Shown one piece after another: positions 40,685 to 54,500 of a DNA stretch of 64,000 nucleotides. The notes beneath the pieces were generated by a model. It was not told the DNA's origin. It saw nothing but the letters and a program-made list of their open reading frames with translations, and did not search any database. The stretch spans positions 11,874,451 through 11,938,450 of the forward strand of contig NC_134035.1 of the NCBI RefSeq assembly GCF_964204645.1, read 5' to 3'. Source of the stretch: Tubulanus polymorphus. Its lineage: Eukaryota; Animalia; Nemertea. Both the position numbers and the translations under genes were made by a program. Position 1 is the first letter of the stretch. Each line of letters opens with the position of its first letter.

Positions 40685-40870
40685 TACGGAACAAAACTAA
40701 TGTTCGAAAGCTTTTCAGCTCTCCATCGCTGGTCACATGCCGAGAACACCAGACAATGAGCCAGCCAGGAATATACTGCCCTCTACACGCCCTCACACAG
40801 AACGCGAAAACCAGAATGACAACGCCTCACATTCCCCATCTAACTGCAGGATGTACTGGGCGACGTCAGT
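40685..40870 (+). mobile_element. 3' fragment of RTE-clade LINE ORF (frameshifted)
   Basis: Conceptual translation QLSIAGHMPR.PDNEPAR..ALYTPSHRTRKP resembles RTE C-terminal L.FAGH..R...P.G.R.PGR. Confidence 0.6.
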
Positions 40871-40949
40871 AACTGACAAACCTGTAAAATTGCACGAAAC
40901 ACAAATAGCACAGTACAACCAGCTTGACCGGGTTGAGATTCAGGATCTC

Positions 40950-41235
40950 AACTAGCACTCAAAAGCGTGACAAGAGACTTCATCCACTGACCGAGGTTGT
41001 CACAAGGACACAATGAAACTAGCACTCACAAGCCGACGAGAGACTTCATCCACTGACCGGGGTTGTCACAAGGACACAATGAAAACTAGCACTCAAACTA
41101 GAAATCAAAGAGCGTGACAGTAGAATCATCCCTCAGCCGACTCAGAATACCAGAAACAAAGAGCGTGACAGTAGAATCATCCCTCATCCGGGTGGTCACA
41201 AGGACACAATGAATGCTAGTAGCGTGACAATCCAG
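40950..41235. repeat. Compound tandem repeats (~66-bp and ~50-bp units)
   Basis: ctagcactca...gtcacaaggacacaatgaa and aaagagcgtgacagtagaatcatccctca repeated. Confidence 0.8.
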
Positions 41236-41290
41236 TATAACCGCTCCATTTGTATCCCGCGCAATCCCGCAGATAAGCCCGTCATTGACA

Positions 41291-41470
41291 TCACTCAGCA
41301 CACTTTGTAGATAGATGGGGGCAGTGAGGCCTCATCATCCTGGTTTTCGTGTTCCGTATGAGGGCGTGTAGAGGGCAGAATTTCCTGACCGACTCTTTGT
41401 CTGACATCCTCGACACATGACCGGCGAAGGAGAGCTGATGCTTTCGGACATTAGTTTTGTTCCAGCAAAC
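41291..41470 (-). mobile_element. Second RTE-clade LINE 3' fragment, inverted relative to 40685-40870
   Basis: KHQLSFAGHVSRM...ALYTPSYGTRKPG; colinear reverse-complement match to 40685-40870. Confidence 0.6.
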
Positions 41471-41896
41471 GTTGAAATTCGACAGAGAAATCGACCCTGA
41501 AAAATAGAACGGATTAGACCCTGAAAAATAGAACGGATTAATAAACACGGAACAGTACAGGACAGTACGGAGACAAACAGTAACACATAAAACATAAAGA
41601 CGTCGTTCCTCAGGAAGCAGGAACAGGAGCGGGAGCGCAGCAAAAATCGCCAGGAGAATCCACGGTAGCATGTTCACAGTGTGAGTGTGCAGAGGTGAAT
41701 GGCCTATACTCGTGTACACCGTGGTCAGCCGGTGACGTATTCAATAGCGCGTACGAATGATATCAACAACTCTGAAAAGCCGCAATTGTGTCTCTATTGT
41801 TGAATGGATTTACATTGAGAGCTTATAGAAGTTGAATACACGCCTGTAGCCAGCTGAACAATTTCGTGGAAGTAGATCTTGGGTAGAGTCTAGATA

Positions 41897-42029
41897 ATTA
41901 AAAATCCATAGCAGCAGAAACAGTACAATGAGTAACATATATTTATTATAGCGAACGTTCGCTATAATAAATATATGTTACTCATTAGAAATGAGATTTG
42001 TACTGTTTTTGCTGCTATGGATTTTTAAT
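41897..42029. repeat. Palindrome with 60-bp perfect spacerless core (41927-41986)
   Basis: aatgagtaacatatatttattatagcgaac|gttcgctataataaatatatgttactcatt plus ~30-bp outer arms. Confidence 0.95.
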
Positions 42030-42474
42030 ATCGTGGAACTTTAATAAGGCCATAAAAATAAATTTCTTTGATTCCCAACAGCTCCCCTCCTAATTTAGCC
42101 GCCGCCTGTTTTTTTTTTCTGAAATTTTAATTAGGCATTGGCTCGGGCCTGATCTGTGACCCGTGTGATCGCGGCTATACACAGGGAAACAAGAAAAAAA
42201 TCATAACACCGAAATTTACGTCAAAAATAATTTATTTAACATTCATTAAAATCATCTACCTATTTTTCATGTTTGCACGTAATTAAATTCTTTTAGAAAC
42301 TATAAAAACATTCATAACAAAATTTATTCATTTAATGACTAGAATAAATATTTCAATTGCATAAAATTATTACGTATTTAAATCTATTGATGCTGTATCA
42401 CAGTTATTTTAAGTAATATACTTTTAAAAATATATGGTACATTCTCTACATCACGATTTTTTATTCATTACAAA

Positions 42475-42531
42475 TCAGCAGTCAGAGTACAAAGGATTTT
42501 CTATCGACGTTGGACCAGTTTTATCAGTAGT
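42475..42531 (-). CDS. MALRD1: MALRD1-like terminal coding exon Z (NPLY, stop)
   Basis: [18 protein letters not shown]; tttttcag| acceptor; AATAAA signals follow on minus strand (~42460, ~42325, ~42235). Confidence 0.87.
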   Translation of the reverse strand, partial: TTDKTGPTSIENPLYSDC

Positions 42532-45500
42532 CTGAAAAAAGAAGGAACACTGATATGATTAAACTGAATAGTTTTATGTAGTTTTAACAAAATTCCGATG
42601 ATTGAATTATTCTAGACTGGATCTGCGACATAAATCAGGGGGCAGTTGTTCAACAGTTGGTTAGAGAATGGACTCTAACACTCGTTGAAAGTCGACTGAC
42701 TAGAGTTAAATGATGGACAGATACTTTTGTTAGAATTCAATTTCAATTGTCAGTATGTCATCATTCATTATCCACCGGTTAACTCTCAGCAACTTTTAAG
42801 GAACTGACCCCTTTATGTTTCATACTGAAATGAAATTCATCTTCATTCCGAAGAGAGGAAATTCTTAGTTTTTAATGATGCAGAACGAAAGCTACTATCT
42901 CCTACGTACCGTGATTGGTCCTGGTTCTGAAGATTCGCCACCAAACATTGTTGCATCTAATTCCGACATTGAAAACTGAAATACGAGAAATGAAAACGAT
43001 TTCAATTAAGTAACGCATCGTAACGATGTAATTATAGAAGCAATAAAGCATTTAAGACTAAACTGTTCCCTAAAGACTCTGCATGTCACTTGAATCTATC
43101 GCATTGAAATAAATAATCAAATACTGAACTAATTATGACTCTCACTAAAATCAACTACTTCAATTATAACAAGATCCGATATTAACACATGAAACTAGAT
43201 GCTTTTATCATGAGCAAAAATATTTTGGACGTCACCCTTTACTGAATGGTTTGTTCACAATGCGTTTACCAGATTTCAATACTTACATCATTTAACTGCA
43301 TGTCGTACGCTGGATTCTCTACTCCAACTCCCATCCTCGAATTCACAACTAGCCTGATTAATAAAGAGAGAAAAACCGAATGAGCTTTTAATACAAATCG
43401 AACCCCCCAATGACATGGCTGGCAACGAGCCTGCTGTAACATCTGAGGCAAACAGAGTCTATTGCATATTGCTTTTTAATCGAAATTCCAATTTAAATCA
43501 ATGGGAAGATTATCAATGATGAATTACTCACTCTCTGGTCACTGCTGTGTTGCGGCGTTTCACGTAATAAGAAGCCAGAACTATCAGTAACACAACTAAC
43601 ATCAAAGCTGCTAGAACACTAATCACTGGAACCAACGCTTTCGCTGAAACGCAGAAACAAAATAAAATCATAATATATCATAGAAATAATATAAGATTCT
43701 CTTCTCAGCGTTTGAGGTAAAAAATTTCATTCTAGATTCAAAGAGACTTGGATATAAGCTGATGATTTTTGGAGCATGTTCAATCTAAAGAAAGATCTAA
43801 TGGACTCCGTTATTAGTTAAAATTTAACTTTTACGAAGAACCAAACCTTACTCAGCTGTGGAACTACAGTAAAAGTCCTTCATAACGCCACCATTTGGAC
43901 TGATGAAATTAAGAAGAATGGTATTTTTCGTGGAATTTGAGTAAATTTCTTCTCTGAAATATGTTTGCGTCAGGTGGGCCGGCCAGCGGCATTAAAAAGG
44001 ATGGCGTTATAACGAACTTTGACTGTTGCGCAATATGTAGAACTTACATGCTCCATTCTGTGTGCTGGGAGCTGAGGTGCCCTCAGTAGCGAATGCACAT
44101 CTGTATGTCGTACAGTTACATAGGAATTTCGAAGCAAATCCTTCATCGGCCAAACAGCTTTCTCCATTCACACAGAAATCTTTAGGACACTCTGAAACGA
44201 TTAAACAAAAACATTATATTTCACCATCCATTATAACTACTTAAGCGATGAAACATTTTTCCGACTGTTTTCCTACCGTTGCTGGAGCAGAGTTTTTCGT
44301 CTTGTCTATTGTCACAATCGGGATGGCCGTCACATTTCGGAACGCAAGAATCGGTCTTTCTGCAGTAGTACAGCTGCGGTGGGCAGAGTTTCACTAAAAT
44401 GATAATGACAGTTGTCAGTCAGACGTGGTACAAGATCAAACTTGTATCACTAGAACTACGAGGGATTCATTTTCGGTCTCTACTTACTGCATCCAAATTC
44501 ATCATCACCATTCGGACAGTCGATGACCCCATCACATGAATATATACCGGGAATACACATGCCTCCGACGCACATAAATTCACTTGGATCAGCGCAATTT
44601 TGAGGCGCGATTGTTGCTCCCTGAATGAGGAAAATAAATGTTTGAAAATTCTCTTCACCGTAACCAGTAATTTCTCATAGCGTTTTGGATACAGTAGACT
44701 TTGCCCGAGTCGGATCCAATCAGAAATAACTGTTCAACTCAGATATTCGTTAAAATATTTTTGATACTATGTACAAGAGCACAGATCCAGAAGGGGTGTT
44801 TCCGGTGCTAAATTTCCTTTGTATTGTTCATTTCCAGTTTTTTAACGCTGCATTTCAAAGTACATATTAAATTTGAAGATGATCAAGCAGTGCCTAGTTA
44901 TGTTCAGAATACAGGGAAACTTTACTACATGGAATCTACTGTAATTGCTATTTACCTGTTTTGGATCAGTAGTCGTTAACGGCGGTCGTGTCGATTTGCA
45001 GTTGAGTTCGTCGAAACCATCGGGACAATCGACAGTTCCATCGCATTTAAACGAGTTCGGGTAACATTGATTACGCGGTTTACAGTAGAAATGATCGGCG
45101 TAACACATTTCATCAATATCTGTAACGAATAAACAAAGCTGATATCGTATTCTCGCATCAAAGCGCATACGGTATACTGGCCGTCAGTTAGGCTGAAAAA
45201 ATTGATACTTTTTTTTTCATTTCTGCCAAGCTTTAAAGTTGACCCAGCCAACCGCCTATCTACCCTGTACATTACTATTTTCTAAAATCATGATCAAGTT
45301 AACAATAATAACAGACCTGGAAACTATGGAAATGAACTAATTACAAATTCTTTACAAATTTCACTTGGTTGATTAGAAGAAACAAGGTATCATTTCAGTT
45401 TAGCCTTAGGCAACTTAAGTCTCGGATGACTTCATTAATAGCCTTGCGATTTCTTTTTCTCCTTCAACTTGCTGAGCGATGATACTCATCGCAATATTTG

Positions 45501-48500
45501 CCAATTCGAGATTTCGTTTTCAATCTTATGGAAGAATGAAGCTTAAGAACCATTTACCAGCCACCAGAATTTGGACCCGAACTTGATCTATGGGACGCTT
45601 ACCGATGGCTTAAACCAGCCGGCAATTGAACTAATGTAACGACTGATGGCCTATATGGCGCTAATGTGAACAACAATTGATAATGATCTCGATGAATAAA
45701 TTCTATACCTGTCAAACACGATTTAGTGAATGAAGCGATGTCAATAGCGATGTTCGATTGGGCTCCGTTACCGCGAATTGCTCTGAATACGAGTTTAAAA
45801 TCTTGCGTCTGATGTAACAGAATATTTGCATTTTTCCACTGGTTTCCTTGATTGCCGCGTATGAACAGTAACGGCGTTTCCAATTCAGTCTTATCATCTT
45901 TAGCAGTCTTGGCAACGACCTGATTGTATAATACATACATATCATTCATTAAAGCAAAGTTTCGATTTCATAGAAAATATAATATCAATCTGCGGCCTAT
46001 TCAGACATTCACCATGATTGTAGCGTTAGAAGTCGATTTTCAAAAAAAGTTCTGAACACTTGTTAAGAATGATGATAATGTATCGAATGTCTATATGGCA
46101 TACAGGCTCCAGGCAATTGACTCACCTCAATTGATCCCATATTATCCGTACTGTAAAGAGCATCATCTGCTGCCCACATATGATACCAAAATCGCAAGTA
46201 ACACATCTTCATATTACCGCGCAATGGAGGAGTTTGAATTTCTGCCACGGCTCCGACATCGGCATTTTGAGCGTCGATGACCAGGAATTGAGAACCTGAA
46301 AAAATACGCAACAATAATGACAATGAAAAATTTCTTCATTATTTATTGTTTGTTTGTTTTTGCTTTTACGTCGCCCGGATCTTGGTTTCTCATGACTAAC
46401 CCAATCGGATTAATCATTTAACCTCACAACGGGACCACAGCCTTTGAAGTGTTGCCAACAGGCATTACATCAACGAACCTGGTTTGCCTTCTTTTCCTTG
46501 TGTAGGCCCGGTTTCCTTGGATAGCGGCTTGCTAGCGACTTGCCACTTGAAGCCACTGTGTTCGTCTTGGATCCATGATGGACACATTCCATTTTCAAAG
46601 TCGCAATAACCGCGAATTGCTTTATCTTCAGAAGTGAAATCATACAAGTTCGGTTAATTTGCAATCACGCACAGATTTTCCAAAAAATGTATTTTTGAAT
46701 TGAAACTCGCAGTTTAACTTACAGCTTTCACAATTTTTCTGAGATTGATCCGATCGATCGGTGCACCTAGATTGTCCACCATCGCAAACGTATTTTCTAT
46801 CTTTACACCCTTTACCATCATCGCAAGCAAATTGATTTCGACTACACGTTCCGTTCCCTGAAATCGTTCGAATTCATTTTATTTAAAAACATTATCTTTT
46901 GTTCCAGTTGCGGGTCGTTTAAAGTGTTTCTAGAGTTATCACCGGTAAGTGAAAACTGCCCCCTCGTTTTAGCAATAGATTCCAACTTCGAACAAAGAAA
47001 TATCTGTGAATATACATTCAAAATCAAGATCCAGCACTCTATGGATTTTTACAGGGTGGCTACGTTCTGCCAATTTAGAAATTCCCTAAGTTTTCCCTGA
47101 TTTTTTTCTAGATTCTTCTGATTCCCATGTATTTACCAGGGATTCTTCCGATTCCCATGTATTTACCAGGGATTCTTCTGATTCCCATGTATTTACCAGG
47201 GATTCTTACGATTCCCATGTATTTACCAGGGATTCTTCCGATTCCCATGTATTTACCAGGGATTCTTACGATTCCCATGTATTTACCAGGGATTCTTACG
47301 ATTCCCATGTATTTACCAGGGATTCTTACGATTCCCATGTATTTACCAGGGATTCTTCTGATTCCCATGTATTTACCAGGGATTCTTCTGATTCCCATGT
47401 ATTCACCAGGGTTTCCAAGTTAGTATCCACCCTTGAAAACTAACTTTCAACAGGTTTTTTAACTAATCGTTGATTTGAGAATCCATCGACGTGTAATCTA
47501 GTTTACATCCACCGATGAAAGGGACTATAGTTACCTGTGTGTTGACAATCACTGAAGACGATATTATCGACAGCTATATCACCCAGATAACTACTGCTGC
47601 GCGAACCTTCGATCATAATCGTGAATTCGTTCCTCGACCCGATCTTTACGCTTCCCCGTTGCCACTTATAACTTCGGAATCCGCTCCGTTGCCAGATTTG
47701 CTTGTACGCTTTATCAGCAGACGTCTTCGAGTAAACGGTAAGATTTCCGACCCTTGACGACCATCGGTTGTACATGTGATAGGAAAACGACATCGTACAC
47801 AGCGGCGCCGAATCATACAACAAACGACTGACTATACGAGCTTTGTGGCCCTGTCTAACACCGGCATTTCGCACTTTCAAATAAGCATAGTAGCCTACAA
47901 CAAATTCATACAAGAATTACCTTTTGATTTACTGTATGGTCTATATACTCTTATTCCACAGGATCCAGTTCCACAGTTTGAGTTTGTTGAAATGAGTTTA
48001 TTTCCAAGAATTTGAGTGGGTGGGGACTACGTTTGCTCACGTAATCAGGATCCAATTCCACAGTTTTGAGTTGGAGTTGAATCAGTTAATTTCCAAGAAT
48101 TTGAGCGGGTGGGGACTACGTTTGCTCACGTAATCAGGATCCACTTCCACAGTTTTGAGTTGGAGTTGTATCAGTTAATTTCCAAGAATTTGAGCGGGTG
48201 GGGACTACGTTTGCTCACGTAATCAGGAGCCAGTTCCAGTCGTTAAGATTAGTTAATTTGTGATGAGTTAACTCTTGAGTTTTAAATCAAATCTCAGAAC
48301 TGTGATCTAGTTAACTCTAAGACACTACTTAAACTTGTGTAAATGAATTCAGCTTCAAAATCTTGAGGCAAAGTGTTTTGCGTGTACGAATTTACCTTTT
48401 CTACTGCCATGTTCATCGGCAGATGGACCGGCGCCGTAATCTATGCCTCTCTTTCTTCCCCATGCGAAATCTGCAATGACGGAATTATTCCAACCGCACA

Positions 48501-51500
48501 TTCCATTTTCGAAATCACAATCCAAACCTGTCATAAGAAATAGATAAATATTGAACCAGTTATCATTAGGAAAACATCAGGAAAACAACCAAGGCTCGAT
48601 TGATGCTATTCTAGAGATTCTCGGGATACGAAATCCTCCATTCTCAGTATCATCCCGCATGAAAGTTAGCTATTCCAGTTTGCCTTTCAATGAGTCAAGA
48701 AAGAACTCGATTAAAAATTTTCCGGCGGTGAAATCAGTAACTCTTGTACAGTGTTTTCAGTAAGAAATCAACAAGCCATGTCCCTTTGAAAAACAGGAAG
48801 GTCCCATAATATGGTACGGTCCCTGAAACGATAGCTGGTTTGTAGAAAAAGATAGGTTCTTTACAAACAACAGACGGGTCTGGGACCTGGGACCTGGCTC
48901 TTATTGAAAACGTTGTTTGTATCCTGTCGGGATAATTTCATAACAATTTTTACCATGCCACCAAAGAATCTAGATAACCTCGAGATACCGGGATACTGGA
49001 AAAATCGAACCCCGCCATGAAATAAAGACGTACCGCAGTTTTCTTCGTCGCTGCCATCGTCGCAATTAGCGATGAAATTACAGCGTTCAGTTGTACTGTA
49101 ACATTGCGTAGTGTTCGCACACTGTATGAACCCGACGCCGCACGGAGTGACTGGAGGAATAACCGTCTGATTGCTGCCTGGCAACGCAACTGAAATAGAA
49201 ATCATACATACACATCAGCGAATTTCAAAACCATTACGTCGTACTACAACTACTAACATTACTTTAAAGCCACTTAAGAATCACAAATGAAACAAATTCA
49301 TCCTTGAAAATAGAATATATATTATGATTGATTTCGTTGAGTCACTTCAGCCTCATCAGGTATAACGTATGAAATAAACTATGTACTGAAGGACAAGGTT
49401 CTTTTTATGCCATTCTGTACATAGTTTATTTCATACATTATGTGACTCCGCGAAATCAAATATGCTCTAATTTACTATTTTTAAGGATGAGTTTTGTTTT
49501 AGTAGTGATTTTGTTGTGGCCAATCTATCATTCAACTCTACCAAAGTCTAACATTGCTCTTTGTATACTACATGATATGAAGATATGTCTTAATCTACTT
49601 TTCGAAGGCATCCCCTTCGATTGGTACAGCCTTCAGGCTCGGGTATGTCTCAACTATGTAGGACTGTTGGTATAAATCTACATATATGCATACTGTTGTT
49701 TTGATAAATACTGGTTAAATCATTATTATTATCATTACCATCTACACTAAATCTTCTTATATGCATTGAGCAGATTTTGCACAAACACATTTAAAAAAAA
49801 AAATCACTTCTTAAGATTTTTCACATATTGTGAAAGCGCAGAACTTACTAGCTTTTCATAACTTACTTTGAGATTCGGCGCATTCTGGGGTAAATGTGAC
49901 ATCATCAATAGCGATGTTTCCTCTCTTACCACTCCCGACTAGCCCTTCAATAACCACCTATAGAGTATAAATAAAGCATTACATCATTTTCAACCAATCA
50001 GACGATACTTCTCATCTTGAAATTGTTTTACTTAAAGTTTAACAAACCTCAAAATCTTCGCTACCGTTTGGAGTGAGTTCTAACTCGGCGCGAGACCAAT
50101 AATCTCCGTATACGTTACTGTTGAAGTCCTTGATTACCGACAGTTTTTTATCTTTGTATGAAAAACGCTTCGATATTCGTAGAACATTCTCGTCATCTCC
50201 GTACATGTGAAACCAGAATCGCAGCTATAATTACAACAAATACGACCGTTATAGTGTAGTCACTAGATCACAGTGAAGGGAAGCAACTAACAACTACGAT
50301 ATCCTGCACATCAGAGAATTAATATCACAGCGTGATGAACACGTTGATCATTTTCATCCTAACAATTGCCTTTTTTTTCATAAAAAATATCAGGATTTTT
50401 TACATGATTTTTCACATATGCTTTTCAGGGCTGGCAACCTCTGAAAAGTGCCAACCAAGTAACAAATTGAGTTTTTTCAGTAACATCAAATTGAAACATG
50501 AAAGAAAATGTTGAAATTAATCAGTAATCAACAGTAACATCTTTCATATGTCTACGCATCAAACAAATCAAATCATTTTTTCTTGTTATAAAAGAGTACC
50601 GGTAACTGAAAATCAGTAACAGTTGACAGCTCTGCATTTTATGCGTCAGCGTACAATAACCGAAGTAGATTACAGACACCCATTTTTCACATTGTATCAC
50701 TTTTTTCAATCTGACCCCTTTCATACGGTCCCTTAGACCTTTATCATAAGAGTAAAGCCTAATGCTCACATTTTGAGTCCTACATTACTCATAAAACTAA
50801 TTCAAACATGGTCCATAGATTGTACTATTAGCAGTACCTACATTTTGATGAAATCGAAGTTAATCCCTTATCTTTTAACAACATTTCCGGTTAGAACTCT
50901 GCAGGCAACATGTCTTACCTTGCATCCAGTTTTTGAACCAACTATCACAAATGATTTCAGCCTGGCGTTTGTTCCCGCTTTCCGAATTGTTTGTATGTGC
51001 ATGTAACTTCCTGAAATGAGAAGAATGCAGTGACGCAATCCTCGAAATTCTTTATGTAGAGAATAGAGTTCGGCTATGAATACAATAACGAGCCAAGCTT
51101 TAATTTCAAAGTTCATAATAGTTCGGTTGAATGCCTGAAAATGATTGATTTACCGGTTTGAGTTTTAGTTGTATGATCAACACTCGGTCCCGAGAGCCAG
51201 GAATTTTGTTTACTGAGCTGCCATGAGAAGTCACCCGTTCGATCATTGTTCAAATACTGACAACCCCATGCTTCCTCAAAGTCGCATCGTTTGTAATTCG
51301 CGTCACAATATACCTGGAATATTACCACAATAATCATATTACTCTTTCAGTGCATCTACACCGCAGTGCGGTGTTTGAATCAGTGATGGACTTTGTTAGT
51401 ACATCGCATTGTGGTGAATTGATGTAATCGGTGATTTAATTGGTGTTGGACTTTGCTAGTACATCGCATTGCGGTGTATCAACGTTTTTATCCCTATTGA

Positions 51501-54500
51501 AAGATGGTAGCACCTGTCACACATAGTGAATTATGAGTAACATTTAATACACCGCGCCGTGGTGTAGACGCACTTTAGCGGTATGGCAATTATTCAACAC
51601 AGTTGTGGTGGAATTTTCAGAAATTTTCAAATTATCTCCAGGACTTTTGGGTATTGATTAGTCAACACTGAAAGGGATTACTCTTGTCATAATTATGATA
51701 AACAATTGAATGAATGTAAAACATTTGATTGAAACCTACGTCATTTTCATCTGAACCATCGAGACAGTGTCGAGCGAAGTCACATCGTAGATTTGACGGT
51801 ATACAACTCTGACGATCATCGCATTTAAAGTCATTAATAGTATTACACGAGGTATGCGGCTGACAATTGAGGAACTTTATGTCGTCAATTGTGATATCAC
51901 CTGTAAGATAATTTCATTGATTCCTTAATAATGATAATAATAATAGTAATATACATTTTCTTATAAAGTGCAGTTATAATAATTTAACCATCGGGCTATA
52001 CACTCTATAATGAAGATCCAGCACCGGGTTCAGAACTGTAGAACTGGATCCGGAACCGGGTTCAGAACTGTAGAACTGGATCCAGAACCGGGTTCAGAAC
52101 TGTAGAACTGGATCCAGAACCGGGTTCAGAACTGTAGAACTGGATCCAGAACCGGGTTCAGAACTGTAGAACTGAATCCAGAACTGCAGAACTGAATCCA
52201 AAACTTTAGAACTGATCCAGAACTGTAGAACTGGATCCAGAACTGCAGAACTGAATTCAGAACAGTAGAAATGGATCCAGAACTGTAGAACTGATCCAGA
52301 ACTGTAGAACTGGATCCAGAACTGAAGAACTGATCCAGAACTGTAGAACTGGATCCAGAACTGCAGAACTGAATTCAGAACAGTAGAAATGGATCCAGAA
52401 CTCTAGAACTGATCCAGAACTGTAGAACTGGATCCAGAACTGAAGAACTGATCCAGAACTGCAGAACTGAATCCAAAACTGTAGAACTGGATCCAGAACT
52501 GCAGAACTGAATCCAGAACTGCAGAACTGAATCCAAAACTGTAGAACTGAATCCAGAACTGTAGAACTGAATCCAGAACTCTAGAACTGATCCAGAACTG
52601 TAGAACTGAATCCAAAACTGTAGAACTGATCCAGAACTCTAGAACTGATCCAGAACTGTAGAACTGAATCCAAAACTGTAGAACTGATCCAGAACTGTAG
52701 AACTGATCCAGAACTGCAGAACTGAATCCAAAACTGTAGAACTGAATCCAGAACTGTAGAACTGAATCCAGAACTCTAGAACTGATCCAGAACTGTAGAA
52801 CTGAATCCAAAACTGTAGAACTGATCCAGAACTCTAGAACTGATCCAGAACTGTAGAACTGATCCAGAACTCTAGAACTGATCCAGAACTGTAGAACTGA
52901 ATCCAAAACTGTAGAACTGATCCAGAACTGTAGAACTGATCCAGAACTGTAGAACTGATCCAGAACTGTAGAACTGATCCAGAACTGTAGAACTGAATCC
53001 AAAACTGTAGAACTGATCCAGAACTGTAGAACTGATCCAGAACTGTAGAACTGATCCAGAACTGTAGAACTGAACCCTGAACTCTAGAACTGATCCAGAA
53101 CTGTAGAACTGAATCCAAAACTGTAGAACTGATCCAGAACTGTAGAACTGATCCAGAACTGTAGAACTGATCCAGAACTGTAGAACTGATCCAGAACTGT
53201 AGAACTGAATCCAAAACTGTAGAACTGATCCAGAACTCTAGAACTGATCCAGAACTGTAGAACTGATCCAGAACTCTAGAACTGATCCAGAACTGTAGAA
53301 CTGAATCCAGAACTGTAGAACTGATCCAGAACTGAGATATATCTACAAGTAAAGAGCATAACATTCAGGATTTTGATGACGAACCTCTGAAATTATATCC
53401 ACGTCGAGCTTGTATAACGAGTCCCGCATGTTGAATCGGTCCGATGTCGACTAATCCGCGTCGCCAAACGGCACCCTGGTTTCCGATCATCATGAATAAT
53501 TGCGTCGTTTTTATCGAGGGATCCGTAAAATCGCGCTTTAAAACTTGTAATTCATCGTTACTCGACACTTGCATGAAGTAGTAGAATTCTAGCGTGCATT
53601 GTGGACCAGTTTTGCCGATTGATGGAGTTGAGAAATTTGTTTTCGCTTTATTCTGTCCGTGAGAATTATCTGCTGTCAAGAACCAACCATCTCCAGAATT
53701 ATCTTTAGCTAAAATGGAATGAAATTTGTTACGTTTGACTTGTACTTTGACGTCCAAAAAGGCAGTATTAGTCAAATTCCAAGAATTTTCCCTAAATATT
53801 CTAGATTTTTTTGATTCCCTGAGGGCCCAGTTTCACAAAAAGGATTAAGGGTTAAATCGATTGAAGATAAACTGAATTAATGAAGAAATTGGATTGAGGC
53901 CTTAATCCTTTTAGTGAAACTGGGCCCTGAGTTTTCCAGGTTAGTGGCCACGCTGCAGCAGATACAATATAATAAACATTCAATTAGATTTATGTTTGTA
54001 CTCACGAGGTCTGAATAGATCATTGGGATCCGGTTGAGCGCGTTCCCACATGTAATCTCTAGGGCCAGCTCTCGTGTCGCGTTTCAGCCGCTTCAATGTT
54101 GACTGTCCTTCGATTTCCCATCCGCAAAGATCGTTCTTAAACGTACAGGCTTTAGCTGAATACAAAAATTTAATGAATAAATAGACATTGTCATCAATGG
54201 TGATGAACAGTTCATAATATAACCATAGGAGACATAAAAATCCCATGCTAAGAATAACCATTGATGAAACACTGTCCTCACAGTGTGAATATATAGAGAG
54301 TCCCACATTAATACAATGAGAAAGATGAAGTCTGAAAAGTTTCCTTTAAGCTAATCATTTATTGATTCAACGTTTCAACTACATCTTAATAGTCATCGTC
54401 AGGAATACTGTAGTTCAGCATTCAGTATTCTTGAAGATGACTATCAGGTTATAGTCGAAATGTCGAATTAATAAACTATGAGTATAAATGAAATTTTTTG

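Noticed and set aside
45557-45630. Extra micro-exons between exons R and S
   Set aside because: R and S already join in phase; one candidate breaks phase and the other gives an unremarkable peptide with a weak acceptor.
47108-47423. 10-aa repeat ORFs on both strands
   Set aside because: 30-bp minisatellite inside an intron; flanking exons N and O join in phase without it.
49328-49364. Minus-strand CTGATGAG...CGAAA hammerhead-like motif
   Set aside because: Stem II mismatched and no stem I/III partner; at most a decayed remnant.
52403-53364. 199-aa and 176-aa repetitive ORFs
   Set aside because: Satellite DNA in the F-G intron; exons F and G complete a MAM motif (RG|DITIDD) directly.
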